Below, piece by piece: positions 13,201 through 26,357 of a stretch of 43,305 nucleotides of DNA. Origin of the DNA: Macrostomum lignano. Taxonomy: Eukaryota. Where the stretch lies: NCBI GenBank assembly GCA_002269645.1, contig NIVC01001488.1:1-43305 (forward strand), written 5' to 3'. The notes beneath the pieces were generated by a model. That model had not been told where the DNA came from. It saw nothing but the letters and a program-made list of their open reading frames with translations, and ran no database searches. The stretch's first letter is position 1; each line of letters begins with the position of its first letter. Made by a program: the position numbers and the translations under genes.

Positions 13201-16200
13201 GTGCCATAGACATAGACTGACATAGAGTGCCATAGACATAGACTGACATAGAGTGCCATAGACATAGACTGACATAGAGTGCCATAGACATAGACTGACA
13301 TGGAGTGCCATAGACATAGACTGACATGGAGTGCCATAGACATAGACTGACATGGAGTGCCATAGACATAGACTGACAGAGTACCTTAGACATAGACTGA
13401 CAGAGTACCTTAGACATAGACTGACAGAGTGCCATAGACATAGACTGACATAGAGTGCCATAGACATAGACTGACATGGAGTGCCATAGACATAGACTGA
13501 CATAGAGTGCCATAGACATAGACTGACATGGAGTGCCATAGACATAGACTGACAGAGTACCTTAGACATAGACTGACAGAGTACCTTAGACATAGACTGA
13601 CAGAGTGCCATAGACATAGACTGACATAGAGTGCCATAGACATAGACTGACATGGAGTGCCATAGACATAGACTGACATAGAGTGCCATAGACATAGACT
13701 GACATGGAGTGCCATAGACATATACTGACAGAGTACCTTAGACATAGACTGACAGAGTACCTTAGACATAGACTGACATGGAGTGCCATAGACATAGACT
13801 GACATGGAGTGCCATAGACATAGACTGACATGGAGTGCCATAGACATAGACTGACATGGAGTGCCATAGACATAGACTGACATGGAGTGCCATAGACATA
13901 GACTGACATGGAGTGCCATAGACATAGACTGACATGGAGTGCCATAGACATAGACTGACATAAACTACCATAGACATAGACTGACATGGAGTGCCATAGA
14001 CATAGACTGACATAGAGTGCCATAGACATAGACTGACATAGAGTGCCATAGACATAGACTGACATGGAGTGCCATAGACATAGACTGACAGAGTGCCATA
14101 GACATAGACTGACATAGAGTGCCATGGACGGACTGACAGAGTGCCATAGACATAGACTGACATAGAGTGCCATAGACGGACTGACAGAGTGTCATAGACA
14201 TAGACTGACATGGAGTGCCATAGACATAGACTGACATGGAGTGCCATAGACATAGACTGACATGGAGTGCCATAGACATAGACTGACAGAGTGCCATAGA
14301 CATAGACTGACAGAGTGCCATAGACATAGAGTGACAGAGTGCCATAGACATAGACTGACAGAGTGCCATAGACATAGACTGACAGAGTGCCATAGACATA
14401 GACTGACAGAGTGCCATAGACATAGACTGACATGGCGTGCCATAGACATAGACTGACATAGAGTGCCATAGACATAGACTGACATAGAGTGCCAAATACA
14501 TAGACTGACATAGAGTGCCATAGACATAGACTGACATAGAGTGCCATAGACATAGACTGACAGAGTGCCATAGACATAGACTGACATAGAGTGCCATAGA
14601 CATAGACTGACATAGAGTGCCATAGACATAGACTGACAGAGTGCCATAGACGTAGACTGACATAGAGTGCCATTTAGAATGCCATAGGGAATATCATTTT
14701 TATTTCTCATTGTACAATCGAACAAAAATACACTGTCAGGGTGAGCTCACCGACAACGAGCACCGGCGCAACGATCTGGAGGGCTCAAATCGGCAGACGA
14801 ACTCTCTGCTGGCCCAGAAGCAGGAGGCTGAGCAGGAGCTCACGCAGAAGCTCAACAAGGCCAATCAAGAGCGCGCCGCCATGCAGGAGCGGGTGCAGAG
14901 CCTTCAGCGCGCCCTGGCCGGCTTGGAGAATGAAAAGAAGGAGATTGAGAAGTCGGCCAGCCGATTGGAGAAGGACAAGACCGCGCTGAAGAAGACGCTC
15001 GACAAGGTTTGTTATTTTAGGCTTTTCAATATTTCTATCGATACATATCGCTAAAAGCTTCGTGTCGAAATCAACAAAAATATTTTTAGTATGAATTTCC
15101 ATAGAGTAATTAATGATTACAATGTTCCTTTATTCTACCTACTGTATGACGCAATAAGTAGTGTAGTATAATTTATATGAATTTTATATTCGATTATTCA
15201 TTCTGCTTTGAAAAGCCCCACCACTGCGGCCAAGTCGAGTCCCGCTCGCTTGTGCACTGTCGCCACTGCGGCGGCCTCGTCCTGCTGGTGCGCCAGTACT
15301 GCCCCGAGCACGGCCCGTTCGTGGAAACCCCCGCCGATTTCTGCGACGATCTGTCGCTAATAGATAGTAGGTGCCGGGAAAGGCGGACCAGATTATTAAT
15401 TTGGTTTTAACTCACGGTTATTCAGCATAGTAATGAATATTCTTTTATTTCCAAAATTGTTATAATTTTCGGATTTTACAATTTTTTTTACACTTAAAAA
15501 GAGCTCAAAATGCTACTGACCACTCACGAGTTCCTGTCAAAGATTTTTATGTTTTTTTTCTTTTTCGGTCACGTGTTTTTTATACTTGCAAGTTTTTTAT
15601 CTACCGATGTTATTTGGCTTGTCTAGGAACTGCTCCCAAAAGGTTTTATAATATTGCCCAACAACCCCTTCAGAGGATCGAACCTTTTAGATAATCGCCC
15701 TAAACTACCCGAGATAATCGCCATAAAATTCCAGAAATAATCGCCATAAACTACCTGAGATAATCGCCATAAACTACCCGAGATAATCGCCCTAAACTAC
15801 CTGAGATAATCGCCATAAACAAAAACTACCAGAAATAATCGCCATAATCTACCCGAGATAATCGCCATAAACTACCTGAGATAATCGCCATAAACTACCC
15901 GAGATAATCGCCCTAAACTACCCGAGATAATCGCCATAAACTACCCGAGATAATCGCCATAAACTATCCGAGATAATCGCCATAAACTACCCGAGATAAT
16001 CGCCATAAACTACCCGAGATAATCGCCATAAAATACCAGAAATAATCGCCATAAACTACCCGAGATAATCGCCATAAACTACCCGAGATAATCGCCATAA
16101 ACTACCCGAGATAATCGCCATAAAATACCAGAAATAATCGCCATAAACTACCCGAGGTAATCGCCCCAAGCTATATTTAAACGGTCATGAAAAGCCAATG

Positions 16201-17103
16201 AGGCCATAAAGTGCAGCCGCGCTTCACCGCCCCGCCAGGTGGAGCGGGAGCGCATCCGCACGGAGGAGGCGGCCTCCAAGTCGGCTTTCGCTCGCGGCGA
16301 GCTCGACTCCGCTTTGCGTCGGTTGGAGGAGGAGAACGAAGCCCTCCAGCGCCAGGTGCAGGCCCTGCAGAGTCACCTTGCCGAGGCGGAGCAGGCCCAC
16401 TCGCAGCGCCTGATGGACCTAGGCGCCAAGCATCGCGAAGAGACCGACACGGAGCTGGAGCGGCTGAAGGCTGGCCAGCTGGCTGCGGAGCGAACTCTGG
16501 AGAACCGGGAGCGCCTGCACAGACAGCGGGTCAAGGGACTGGAAGAGCAGGTGAGTCTCAGAGAATTTTATGTTGAGTAAAATTTCATGTTTAACTACAA
16601 AAAATAGAATCTTTACAGTTCCGCATCATACTACTAAATAATTTTTAAGTAGAAAAATAAGGACATAAAACGTAAAAAAATATTGAATCCATTTATAAGT
16701 GACGCAATTAGCACAAAAAATAATGATTTTTTCTCGCTCGCAGGTTGCCACGCTGAAAGACCAGCTGGCGCAGGAGGTGCGCCGTAGGAACCAGTTCCTG
16801 TCCAAGTCGGCCCGCGGCGCCGCCGGCGACCTGTCCGACATTCGTACCATCCTGGACTCGTCGCTCGGCACCGTCAGCCGCGACCCCGGCCTGGACGCCG
16901 CCCTGTTCGACGCCGAGTCCCGCCGGCTCGACGAGGCCCTCGACTTGCACAACGCCTTCCCCGGCGGCGCCGGAAAGCGCGCCGGCTCGCCTTCGCGCCT
17001 CGGCGGCGCCGGCGGAGCGCTGCGCTCGTCCACCCCGTCGGGCCGGCCGGCCGGCATGCGGCTGAGCCGCGGCCCCAGCCTGAAGTCCTCGCTTAAAAAG
17101 TGA
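1277..17103 (+). CDS. CROCC: Rootletin (ciliary rootlet coiled-coil protein), 5'-incomplete, 15 exons: 1277-1924, 2403-2659, 3463-3690, 4221-5225, 5371-5540, 6124-6375, 6837-7253, 7556-7870, 9455-9890, 11358-11857, 12035-12214, 12310-12654, 14740-15006, 16239-16550, 16744-17103 (about 1,900 codons in window)
   Basis: Rootletin-domain motif SASLAHVNAML-RQLDQA...E-SF-EYFSSEHNRLL-LWR, plus the motifs VQAALNKRALQVQELR and DIDPEAVRLALRDFVQQL, within a long heptad coiled coil. All introns are GT-AG and phases match once one base is restored in each of three exons (near 1601, 2523, 4637). Stop TGA at 17101-17103. The 5371 acceptor has an in-frame alternative at 5341. Confidence 0.93.
2030..2365 (+). 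repeat. ~35 bp minisatellite GGGTGAGATTATTTGAGATCAATATCAAATCTCAT
   Basis: About 9 tandem units, each containing internal inverted repeats. Confidence 0.9.
2719..3340 (+). repeat. 21-24 bp minisatellite TTGGCGCCCCCATGATTTTCCCA
   Basis: About 27 tandem units; source of the spurious repetitive minus-strand ORFs. Confidence 0.95.
3900..4170 (+). repeat. Degenerate purine-rich repeat (GAGAGAAGTAGATAAG-like)
   Basis: Recurring GAGAGAAGTAGATA motifs within a rootletin intron. Confidence 0.7.
5597..6030 (+). repeat. ~31-37 bp minisatellite GACTCTGAGAGCGTCACGTGACTCTTTTCTTCTCGAT
   Basis: Tandem units, each with the palindrome GTCACGTGAC, interrupted by a MITE-like insert. Confidence 0.9.
5672..5788. 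mobile_element. MITE-like ~116 bp element with imperfect ~27 bp terminal inverted repeats
   Basis: Left end GGGGTCGTACTATAAAGCTGTCGTAG versus reverse complement of the right end GGGGCCCGTTCTATAAAGCCATCGTAAG; interrupts a minisatellite. No clear TSD. Confidence 0.55.
6454..6690 (-). mobile_element. Truncated copy of the same SINE family in a rootletin intron
   Basis: Reverse complement shares ATTAATTTGGGGCT..ATTGGAATCTCGGCTTGG, AAATAAAGTTAGGG..CTGTACACTCCTGTGTGAGTG and TGCCTGCTCAGGGGAGTC with 40315-40676. Confidence 0.8.
7305..7524 (+). repeat. 22 bp minisatellite GTGAGAACCGGTCAGACAGGCA
   Basis: About 10 tandem units. Confidence 0.95.
7950..8852 (+). repeat. 18-20 bp minisatellite GATACCCAGTGACTCCCA/GATACCCAGTCTCGCAA
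   Basis: About 45 units with a 397 bp higher-order duplication. Confidence 0.95.
9334..9442 (+). repeat. 32 bp repeat CCCCAATGACCCAGTGAAGGGCTCATAGCAGT
   Basis: About 3.4 tandem units directly before the exon acceptor. Confidence 0.9.
12685..14672 (+). repeat. 26/24 bp minisatellite GACATAGACTGACATAGAGTGCCATA
   Basis: About 77 tandem units filling a 2.1 kb intron. Confidence 0.97.
15688..16168 (+). repeat. 23 bp minisatellite GATAATCGCCATAAACTACCCGA
   Basis: About 20 tandem units. Confidence 0.95.
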
Positions 17104-19089
17104 ACGTAGACTGAGAAATTGTTTAACAATTGGTAGCAACAATAACATCAGACACCCGGGTTTTCATTCTTGGATTCTTCTAGACTTGCTTGTTTTTCTC
17201 TTCTGTCAGTTCCCGCCCTGCCCCGCTGCGTGCCGGGGTAGCCAGCCCGGCTGTAAAGTCTGTAAGGATAAGTAAAACTAGCTGATATATACTACTGCTA
17301 CTTCTAAGTGGGTCACAGACGTTCCGTCCGTTTTTTTAATAATATCTTTCAAATTTCCCAAGTTTTTCTTCTCGTGCCGTTCAATTTTGAATCAGAAAAT
17401 TCATTCCCGCTTATTTTTTCAGATATTGTTTTTTGTCGAAAAAAAATCATTTGCCTTGCGCTACTCGTACTACTCATGTACAATTAGGCGTAATCAGTAG
17501 TAGAAAAATGTGTAAAAATTTGGAATTTTTTAATTAAGCTTTGGGTCCAGCGTGTTAGAAAATTTCAATTGTTTAATCCAGGCTTTTCTGTTCGGTTTCG
17601 AGCTCGGAGAGCGGCGTCTCGCCGCCCTCTCAGCCGCAGTTTCCCAGCTTTTTTGTGCTGCCTTTTTTCCCAAGCCGCTCGTCTGTTTTCGAACTTTCGC
17701 GAGCTGCCCGTCATTGCGCTCGAGACTGTCGCACGCACCCGGCAAACCTCTGGCAGGTTTCATCCATAGCGCTCATTTTCTTGTCTGTCCCGTGTGCGCC
17801 TCTCTCCATCTTCTGGTTCCCCCAGTTACTCTTGCTCAGATCCAGAGGGGAAACGGCCGACTTTGAGCTTCTCAGATTTGAATCTGAAGAATTGAAGTTT
17901 TCTGAGTGCTGGAATTATTTAAGAAAAAATTGAATTTCTAGCGGCTTCTCCCCCTCTGGACTCCCCACTGTCTTTTCTAGATGTGAGCAAAGATTCTGTT
18001 AATGATTGCGATTAGAAATATTATTTTATTAATTACAGAATTCACTAAGACTCGCCAGCGCCCCCCCCCTTAGCGATCTTTTCAAACGCAACCAGCCGTA
18101 AAGTAAAATTTTTCTATTACATATTTTTGTTACAATTAAAGGTATTAACTGCACAGACAGCCTACAAGATAATTTAATTCGTAGGTTTATCATTACTAGG
18201 CCTAAATGCTTACTTGTTATATATATATATTTATATATACCGTAGATACATAGAAATTAGCAAGATGGTTATCAGTAGTATGGGAAGATATTATTTTCTA
18301 TTCTATTTACACTCTTCTGTTCGCCCCGTCATTTCTGTGTTTTTGTTTGTTTAAATGAAACGGTAGCCGCCGCACTCTAGCGAAGCATCTCTTTGCCGGG
18401 TTCATCTAAGGTCAAGCTGTGCCCGGCCCCCTCCAGCTCACATTTGCTGCATATACTGCAGCCCCGCTGCATAGCGGGGCTGCATAGTAACTGCTGGCCC
18501 CGCTGTTCATAGCAATAGAAATTTATAATCAATTCTTGTCCGGCTGTGCTGTGATAACCGTCAAATTTGCTGAGCTCGCCTCGCACCCTCGCGCTGTCTC
18601 TGTCCGTCTTTTAAGAAAAAAATTACAGTTTTTCATTCGATAATTTGCGAAAGCGGAATTTTTTATTGGAAATTAAAATAAAAAAAGCACTTCACGCCAC
18701 ATATTACTAATATTTCTATACAACAACACTTATTTTTACTAATCTTTTCTGTTTCTGAAAATACCTTTATAACAATGCTTCTATCGCTATAGAAATAAAT
18801 CAAGGTCTGTGTTTTGTTTAAATTGTTTCATTTTTTTGCTGTTTTTCTTTACAAATAAGGCCACTGCCTACTTCTGAAATGGAAGGCTCCATTGTCTTGC
18901 GAACACCGATAGCAAGTACTGATTAAAGTTCAGAGTTAGCTATCCATAGCTTGAGCACTGCTCAATGAGATGGAATGAACATAAGCATTCAAACTACATG
19001 CAGCCGGCGAAGCCCCTCTATCCGGCTCTCAGAGCCCTTCGAAGCTTCATAATAGCAATCCGGCCCGCTCGCTCATTGTCGTGTCTTTT

Positions 19090-19090
19090 C

Positions 19091-19129
<39 letters not shown>

Positions 19130-19327
19130 CCTCTCTTTTCTCCCCTCTTCTCTCCCCTCTTTTCTCTCCCCTCTTCTCTCCCCTCTTTTCTCTCCCCTCT
19201 TCTCTCTCCCCTTATCTCTCCCTTCTTCTCTCCCCTTCTCTCACTCCCCTCTTCTCTCTCCCCTCTTCTCTCTCCCCTTATCTCTTCCCATCTTCTCTCC
19301 CGTCTTCTCTCTCCCCTTATCTGTCCC

Positions 19328-19360
<33 letters not shown>

Positions 19361-19392
19361 TCTCTCCCCTCTCCCTCCTCTCTTCTGTCTTC
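19090..19392 (+). repeat. Polypyrimidine tract: (CT)n plus TCTCCCCTCTT repeats
   Basis: About 300 nt almost entirely C/T. Confidence 0.9.
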
Positions 19393-19989
19393 TGTCGAGA
19401 CTACAACTTGCGGTAAGTAGCAACTTTAGCAGCACGTGTCAATTTCACTTTGAGACTCAGTTGGTTTTTCAAGCATCCTGAATGAAAATGACGCAAATAA
19501 GCCAATTCCCTGGACCCGACGCAAAAAACTGAGACTCCGGTCTCCAAAACGCAAAAACAAAAAATTTCGGCACATGGTCGCCACGGCCACTGGACTGCCG
19601 CTTAAAATGACAACCAAAATGGAACCAGATTTTGGAATGGACGCCAAGCACACGCACCCAATTTGCAGCTGGATGAACTGAAGCAGTGTTGCCACGCCAC
19701 TTTGCCCATTTTTCTTCCGAGAAATTCCGCAGGGTAGAAAAATATGTCCTAACCAATGCAAGCCCTAAAAAATGAAGCTAGACACATAAATTTTTACTAC
19801 TTTTTAGGTTCACAAACGCCCTACCCAAGGCTGTTTTGCGCTGGTTCAGATGACCCCCTAAGCCAGTTTTGAGCTAAAACTTCATCTCGCCGCAACTGAT
19901 GCAGCTAGCTGTGAATGCATGCAAGCCGCAAGCGCGCAAGTGAATGGATAAGCAAATTCCATTCTGAATGCTCAGAAATCTTGGTACGG

Positions 19990-20085
19990 GGAAAGGACAG
20001 GGACAGGAAAGGAAGGGAGAGGGACAGGAAAGGAAGGGAGAGGACAGGACAGGAAGGGAGAGGACAGGACAGGAAGGGCAGGGAT
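19990..20085 (+). repeat. ~20 bp purine-rich repeat GGACAGGAAAGGAAGGGAGA
   Basis: 4-5 tandem units. Confidence 0.85.
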
Positions 20086-20641
20086 ACAATAAAGATGACG
20101 GTGATCAGATGACATCAGGTAGTCTGGATCGACTATAGCAAATCCGAAAATCACAAGAACAGTGCAACAAAATCGCAGCATAACAATTTCCACAAAGACA
20201 TTGAACAACAAACCGAACCAGTAGTCAGAATTGGGGTATTGGGGTATAACATAAGAGCAAATTCAGAAATGAAAAATTTCCGCAGAGTACGAAAATCCCC
20301 TTGATTTTCCGCAGGTCTACTTAAAATCAGAGACACAAACTGTTCCGAGTGGTGTCGAGAATCGAACCCCGACCCTTTCAGTTGTGATTCCGATGCTCTA
20401 ACCACTTCGGCTACTGTTGCTACACTCAGTTAATCCAGGCACCAACAAATTCTTTAGTCTATGGTAATTTACAAGTCATCGGAGCGCCTGGCTTAGCAGA
20501 GATCACGGAAGAACAACCTTTTAAACCTTTTGCTGCTTGATGATCTACTCAGCTTGTTCACTTCGCTTTGCTTGTAAAGATCCAGTCTGCTATCTTGAGT
20601 AGAAATTAGCGTCGCCAAGTTAAATCCCAACAACGGAAGCG

Positions 20642-23555
20642 ATGCCGTCAGTCGCTGAAGCAGTCGAATCGGCCGTGTCAGAAGCGTGCGCCGAGCTTTG
20701 CGGTCCCTGGGCGCAGCTGCGAATTCTTCTAGCGGCCGACATTGAGGCAGCCATGAACGAGGCGCGCAGAAGCTTCGAGTCCAGCACGGTTGTCAAGCTG
20801 GGTGGCAGCGCAGTTGCCGTCGCTGGCGGCGTGGTCTCCGTAGTTGGCTTCGCCCTGCTGATGGCCAGCCTGGGTGCGGCCTTGCCGCTAGCCATTGCTG
20901 GCACAGTTGTTGCTGTCGGCGGCGGCGTCAGCGGCGGCGCGGCGGCGGTGCGTCACGCAGCGGCGCAGACTGGCATTGCGCGGCGTGTGCGGAAGCATTT
21001 CAACGACAGCCTGCGCTTGTTGGAAAGCGTAGTTGACCAGCTGGCAGCTTCCTTGCTGACCCAGGTACACTAGCTTGGCTCTGTTTGAACTGACCAGCTG
21101 GCAGCTTCCTTGCTGACCCAGGTACACTAGCTTGGCTCTGTTTGAACTGACCAGCTGGCAGCTCCTTGCTGACCCAGGTGCACTAGCTTGGCTCTGTTTG
21201 AACTGACCAGCTGGCAGCTTCCTTGCTGACCCAGGTACACTAGCTTGGCTCTGTTTGAACTGACCAGCTAAGGAATGTGCCGTAAATCTGGTTTTTACAA
21301 TACAGGGTGGTTTAGAAAGGTCTCCCGGACAAGAAGCAGAGTTTTCTCTGCATTGGATTGATGGATTGGTCTGAAACTTGACCTGCTTAAACCTAATTTT
21401 TTGGTGGCATCTTTTACTTAGCACAATTTGCGTGAATGTGCTGTGACAGCTGCTACTCACTGCTCAGCACTATGGCCCTCGTTGTTGATGCAGGCGCTTC
21501 TTAAAGCCATGAGGATGCCAGTTTGACTCATAACTGGCGTGTAAGCCATGGAGCTGAATGCAGACGATACGATAGTTAGTGAAACGGTTTTTTTCTGAGA
21601 AAACTGCTGTAACTACGTATAATTAAGTAAAAATCATCAGAACAAGATTAAGTCATTCATCAACCCAGTGCAGAGAATCCGGGAGACCTTTGTGGGACCA
21701 ACCTTGAATACAACTTGGGCAATCGTTGCCAATGAGTGACTGATTCTCAATCTAGGGGAGTCCCTATTTCCAGACTGCTGGACATGCAGTTTTATAGTAC
21801 CCCTGTGTGCTTTCCTTTCAGGCTAAACTTTCAGTCCGGCGGCACCGTGACAGGCATCTGGGCAGCCGGGTCTGTCGCCTGCTGTCCTGGCTTATATTCG
21901 AGGTGCGCTCCTGTCGCAAGCTGCACGCCCGTCTCCTGGCCGAGGCTGGCGTACCCGACGACCGAGTGGCCCAGATTGACGCTGCTCGGCGAGCCGACCA
22001 GCTGCTGGCCCTGGTGGTCGGAGCGCACGAGTTCGTCGTGGAGCGCCTCGCCGACGATTTCGTTGGCAGAATCGGCCAATCAGTAGAGCAGCCTGACGGG
22101 ATACTGCGGCACCGATTAGGCGGCACTGAAGGCAGGGTTGAAGAGGCAGCTGACGGTGACCAAGCCCGGTTTAGAAGAGGACGCAGTGTAGCCGAAGAGC
22201 TGGTCAGCGATGAAAGCGGGGCTGAGTGGCAATCCAGACGGGGAGTCGAGTTCGAGGGGGGGCAGACGAATCAAAGTGTTTTCGCTGGAGGGCAGTCGGA
22301 GACTGAAATCGGTGAGAGACAGTTAAGCGGCGGCTTTAGAGCAGAACCTGCGGAGGATATCGGCAGAGAGGGAGCAGCCTCAGTTGCGGAGGGCGACCAA
22401 ACAAATACAGTTGAATGCTTCCCAGAAGACAATAAGCGGAGTAGTCTAATAGGACACACTAATAGCCCAAGCGAGTGGGCCGCAGCTGAGGTTACTGAGC
22501 TGAGATCGGACGAGCGTGAACGAATTCTCACAGCTTTGACAAGAGCCGCCCGGCTGACTCTGTCGCTGGTGCGAGTGTCTCTGTTTGGCAGCGCCAATGC
22601 AGGAAATCTGCCAAGTGGTGAGGCGCTAGCGGTCTCTCTGCGATCTGCGGCGCTTCATTGCAGTTTGGACATCACCGAGGGCGTAGTTCAGGTAGGGCGC
22701 TTGGCTGCTTGCCAGGACGGCAACGAAACTGAAGACAAGGACGTCACATGTTCCCCTCAGAAAAAGCTATGGGAAGACATGCCAATGTTTTGTTCCCCCG
22801 CCCCACTTTGGGACTTATGGAACTAAAAAAAATTGCTTCAGGGTGCCAAAATATAGCACCAAATATAGCACCAGATTGAGTGCCCGAGGCTCTCAAAGGA
22901 GTTCTAGCATCTCCGATTCCCAAAGCAGTGTAGGGATTTAGTAATTTAGAATTTTTGGCTTCCTCCTCCACCATAAAACCCATGGCAACGCTCCTAAATG
23001 AAGATGCAGTTAAACCCGGAGCCACTGAGAATCTTATAAAATAGTCAATCAGATCCTTCTCCTCTACGCGTGCCTTAAGCCAGTCAAAAGGTGAGACTCT
23101 GTTATAGGGATGAGCAATGGCTCAAATAGACTAAAACAGGCAGAAACAGGAAAATGTTACATTTTATATTGACTGGTGAGTGAAACCAAGAGTCCCAGTC
23201 AACACGCTTCGATCCAGTTGGTTCCGCTTGCTTCCAGTTTCATTGAGAACATGCTCAAATGAATGCCGGATAGACTGTCATTTTTAGGCTGACTTTTAAA
23301 CAACTGCAGGGCGTCGGCCGAGCCAGCGCCATCTCCATGGCCCGCGTGCTCGGCACGGCCGTCGGCTCGGCCGCGTCGACCGCCCTGGACGCTGGCCTGC
23401 TGGTGTACTACGCCAAGCAGCTGCACGACTTTCGCCGCCGAGGTCGCGAACCGGAGCTGGTGGCGCAGCTGCAAGCGATGCGGCTCACCGTGCAGCTGCA
23501 GCACGCCGAGGTGTTGAGCCTGTGCTCCGGGCCAGAGTCTCCCAGTGGCCGGTGA
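20642..23555 (+). CDS. Apolipoprotein L-like protein, 3 exons: 20642-21064, 21822-22691, 23310-23555 (512 aa)
   Basis: Exon 1 has the ApoL-type Gly/Ala hydrophobic hairpin (GGSAVAVAGGVVSVVGFALLMASLGAALPLAIAGTVVAVGGGVSGGAAAV). Exon 3 has an ApoL-type C-terminus (SMARVLGTAVGSAASTALDAGLLVYYAKQLHD...ELVAQLQAM). Both introns are GT-AG phase 0; AATAAA at 23671-23676. Family assignment is by motif recognition, not a database search. Confidence 0.75.
21034..21269 (+). repeat. 57 bp tandem repeat spanning the ApoL-like exon 1/intron 1 boundary
   Basis: Units start at 21034, 21091, 21148 and 21204, with a partial unit at 21261; each full unit contains CCCAG|GT. Confidence 0.95.
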
Positions 23556-23973
23556 CGACGCTGGTAAATACATAGGACGGAGAACCAGACGCGTCTTGAT
23601 TTTTACCAGTTTCTCGATTAAAAAACATCGTTGCAGAAATTCGCCTGATTACTTCTCAATTCAGTCTTCCAATAAAACGTTTTAAGAAATTGAGTAATGT
23701 TAAGGCACCTTAGAATCATTAGGCACAGGTGCGTTTAGCAAAAAATTTTTAACTTGAGTTTTATTTATTTGAGTATTTTCGAAAAAAAGTCGGAATAATT
23801 TATTGTAGCTCGCAGTTTATTAATCTTGCGTAGTTAAAGAAGCTGACAATGTACAGTTATGATAACAGATGAGGTGTCAGTCCAGTGAGCAGCATTGCAG
23901 CATTTGAGCAACTGACTCAAAAGCAACTCAAACTGAGCTCAGAAACGCAGTCAAGTCCCTCCTGTAATTTAAC

Positions 23974-25907
<1,934 letters not shown>

Positions 25908-26357
25908 TAAACTTGGGCAAACTGTTAATACCAAAGATAGTTGCCACCAGATTTCTTCCATGTATCTATTTTAGTTCAATTTGCATTGCAGGCAAGTTCT
26001 ACTGGTTGAAAAACCCCAGAAGGAGTGAGTACTCGTACTGAGATATCGTATGAGTTATTTTTAGCAACACAATGGCTCATTCCTGTGCAATCGGGCGTTG
26101 GAGTATTGCTGTCGGGCCACTGAAAAGCTTTCGGGAACTTTCAGGTAATCTTTTCAGGTGACTTTTGACAAGGTCAAAGTAGCATATAAAAAGTATTCTG
26201 TTATTTTAGGCAGCATTAATTTTTGTTGTATTTCTGGGAATCTCTCTCGAGCTGTTATCGTGTAAGTTACGGTAATCGTAGTTCCGCCAAGATCCGACTT
26301 TAATGTGTCCATGGAACACTGCATCCATAAACTCTTGGAATCATTTGCAGCCTCAAG

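Noticed and set aside
12313-14725. Overlapping 180-300 aa ORFs (MSMALYVSLCLWH...)
   Set aside because: Artefacts of the 26/24 bp repeat on the non-coding strand of a rootletin intron.
1217-17148. Antisense ORFs over rootletin exons
   Set aside because: Expected shadows of GC-rich coiled-coil codons; no independent features.
20340-20412. tRNA-like sequence on the minus strand (GTAGCCGAAGTGGTTAGAGCATCGG...GGGTTCGATTCTC)
   Set aside because: A and B boxes are present but I cannot build a full cloverleaf with an acceptor stem, and the sequence recurs at 40810-40855; treated as SINE-derived.
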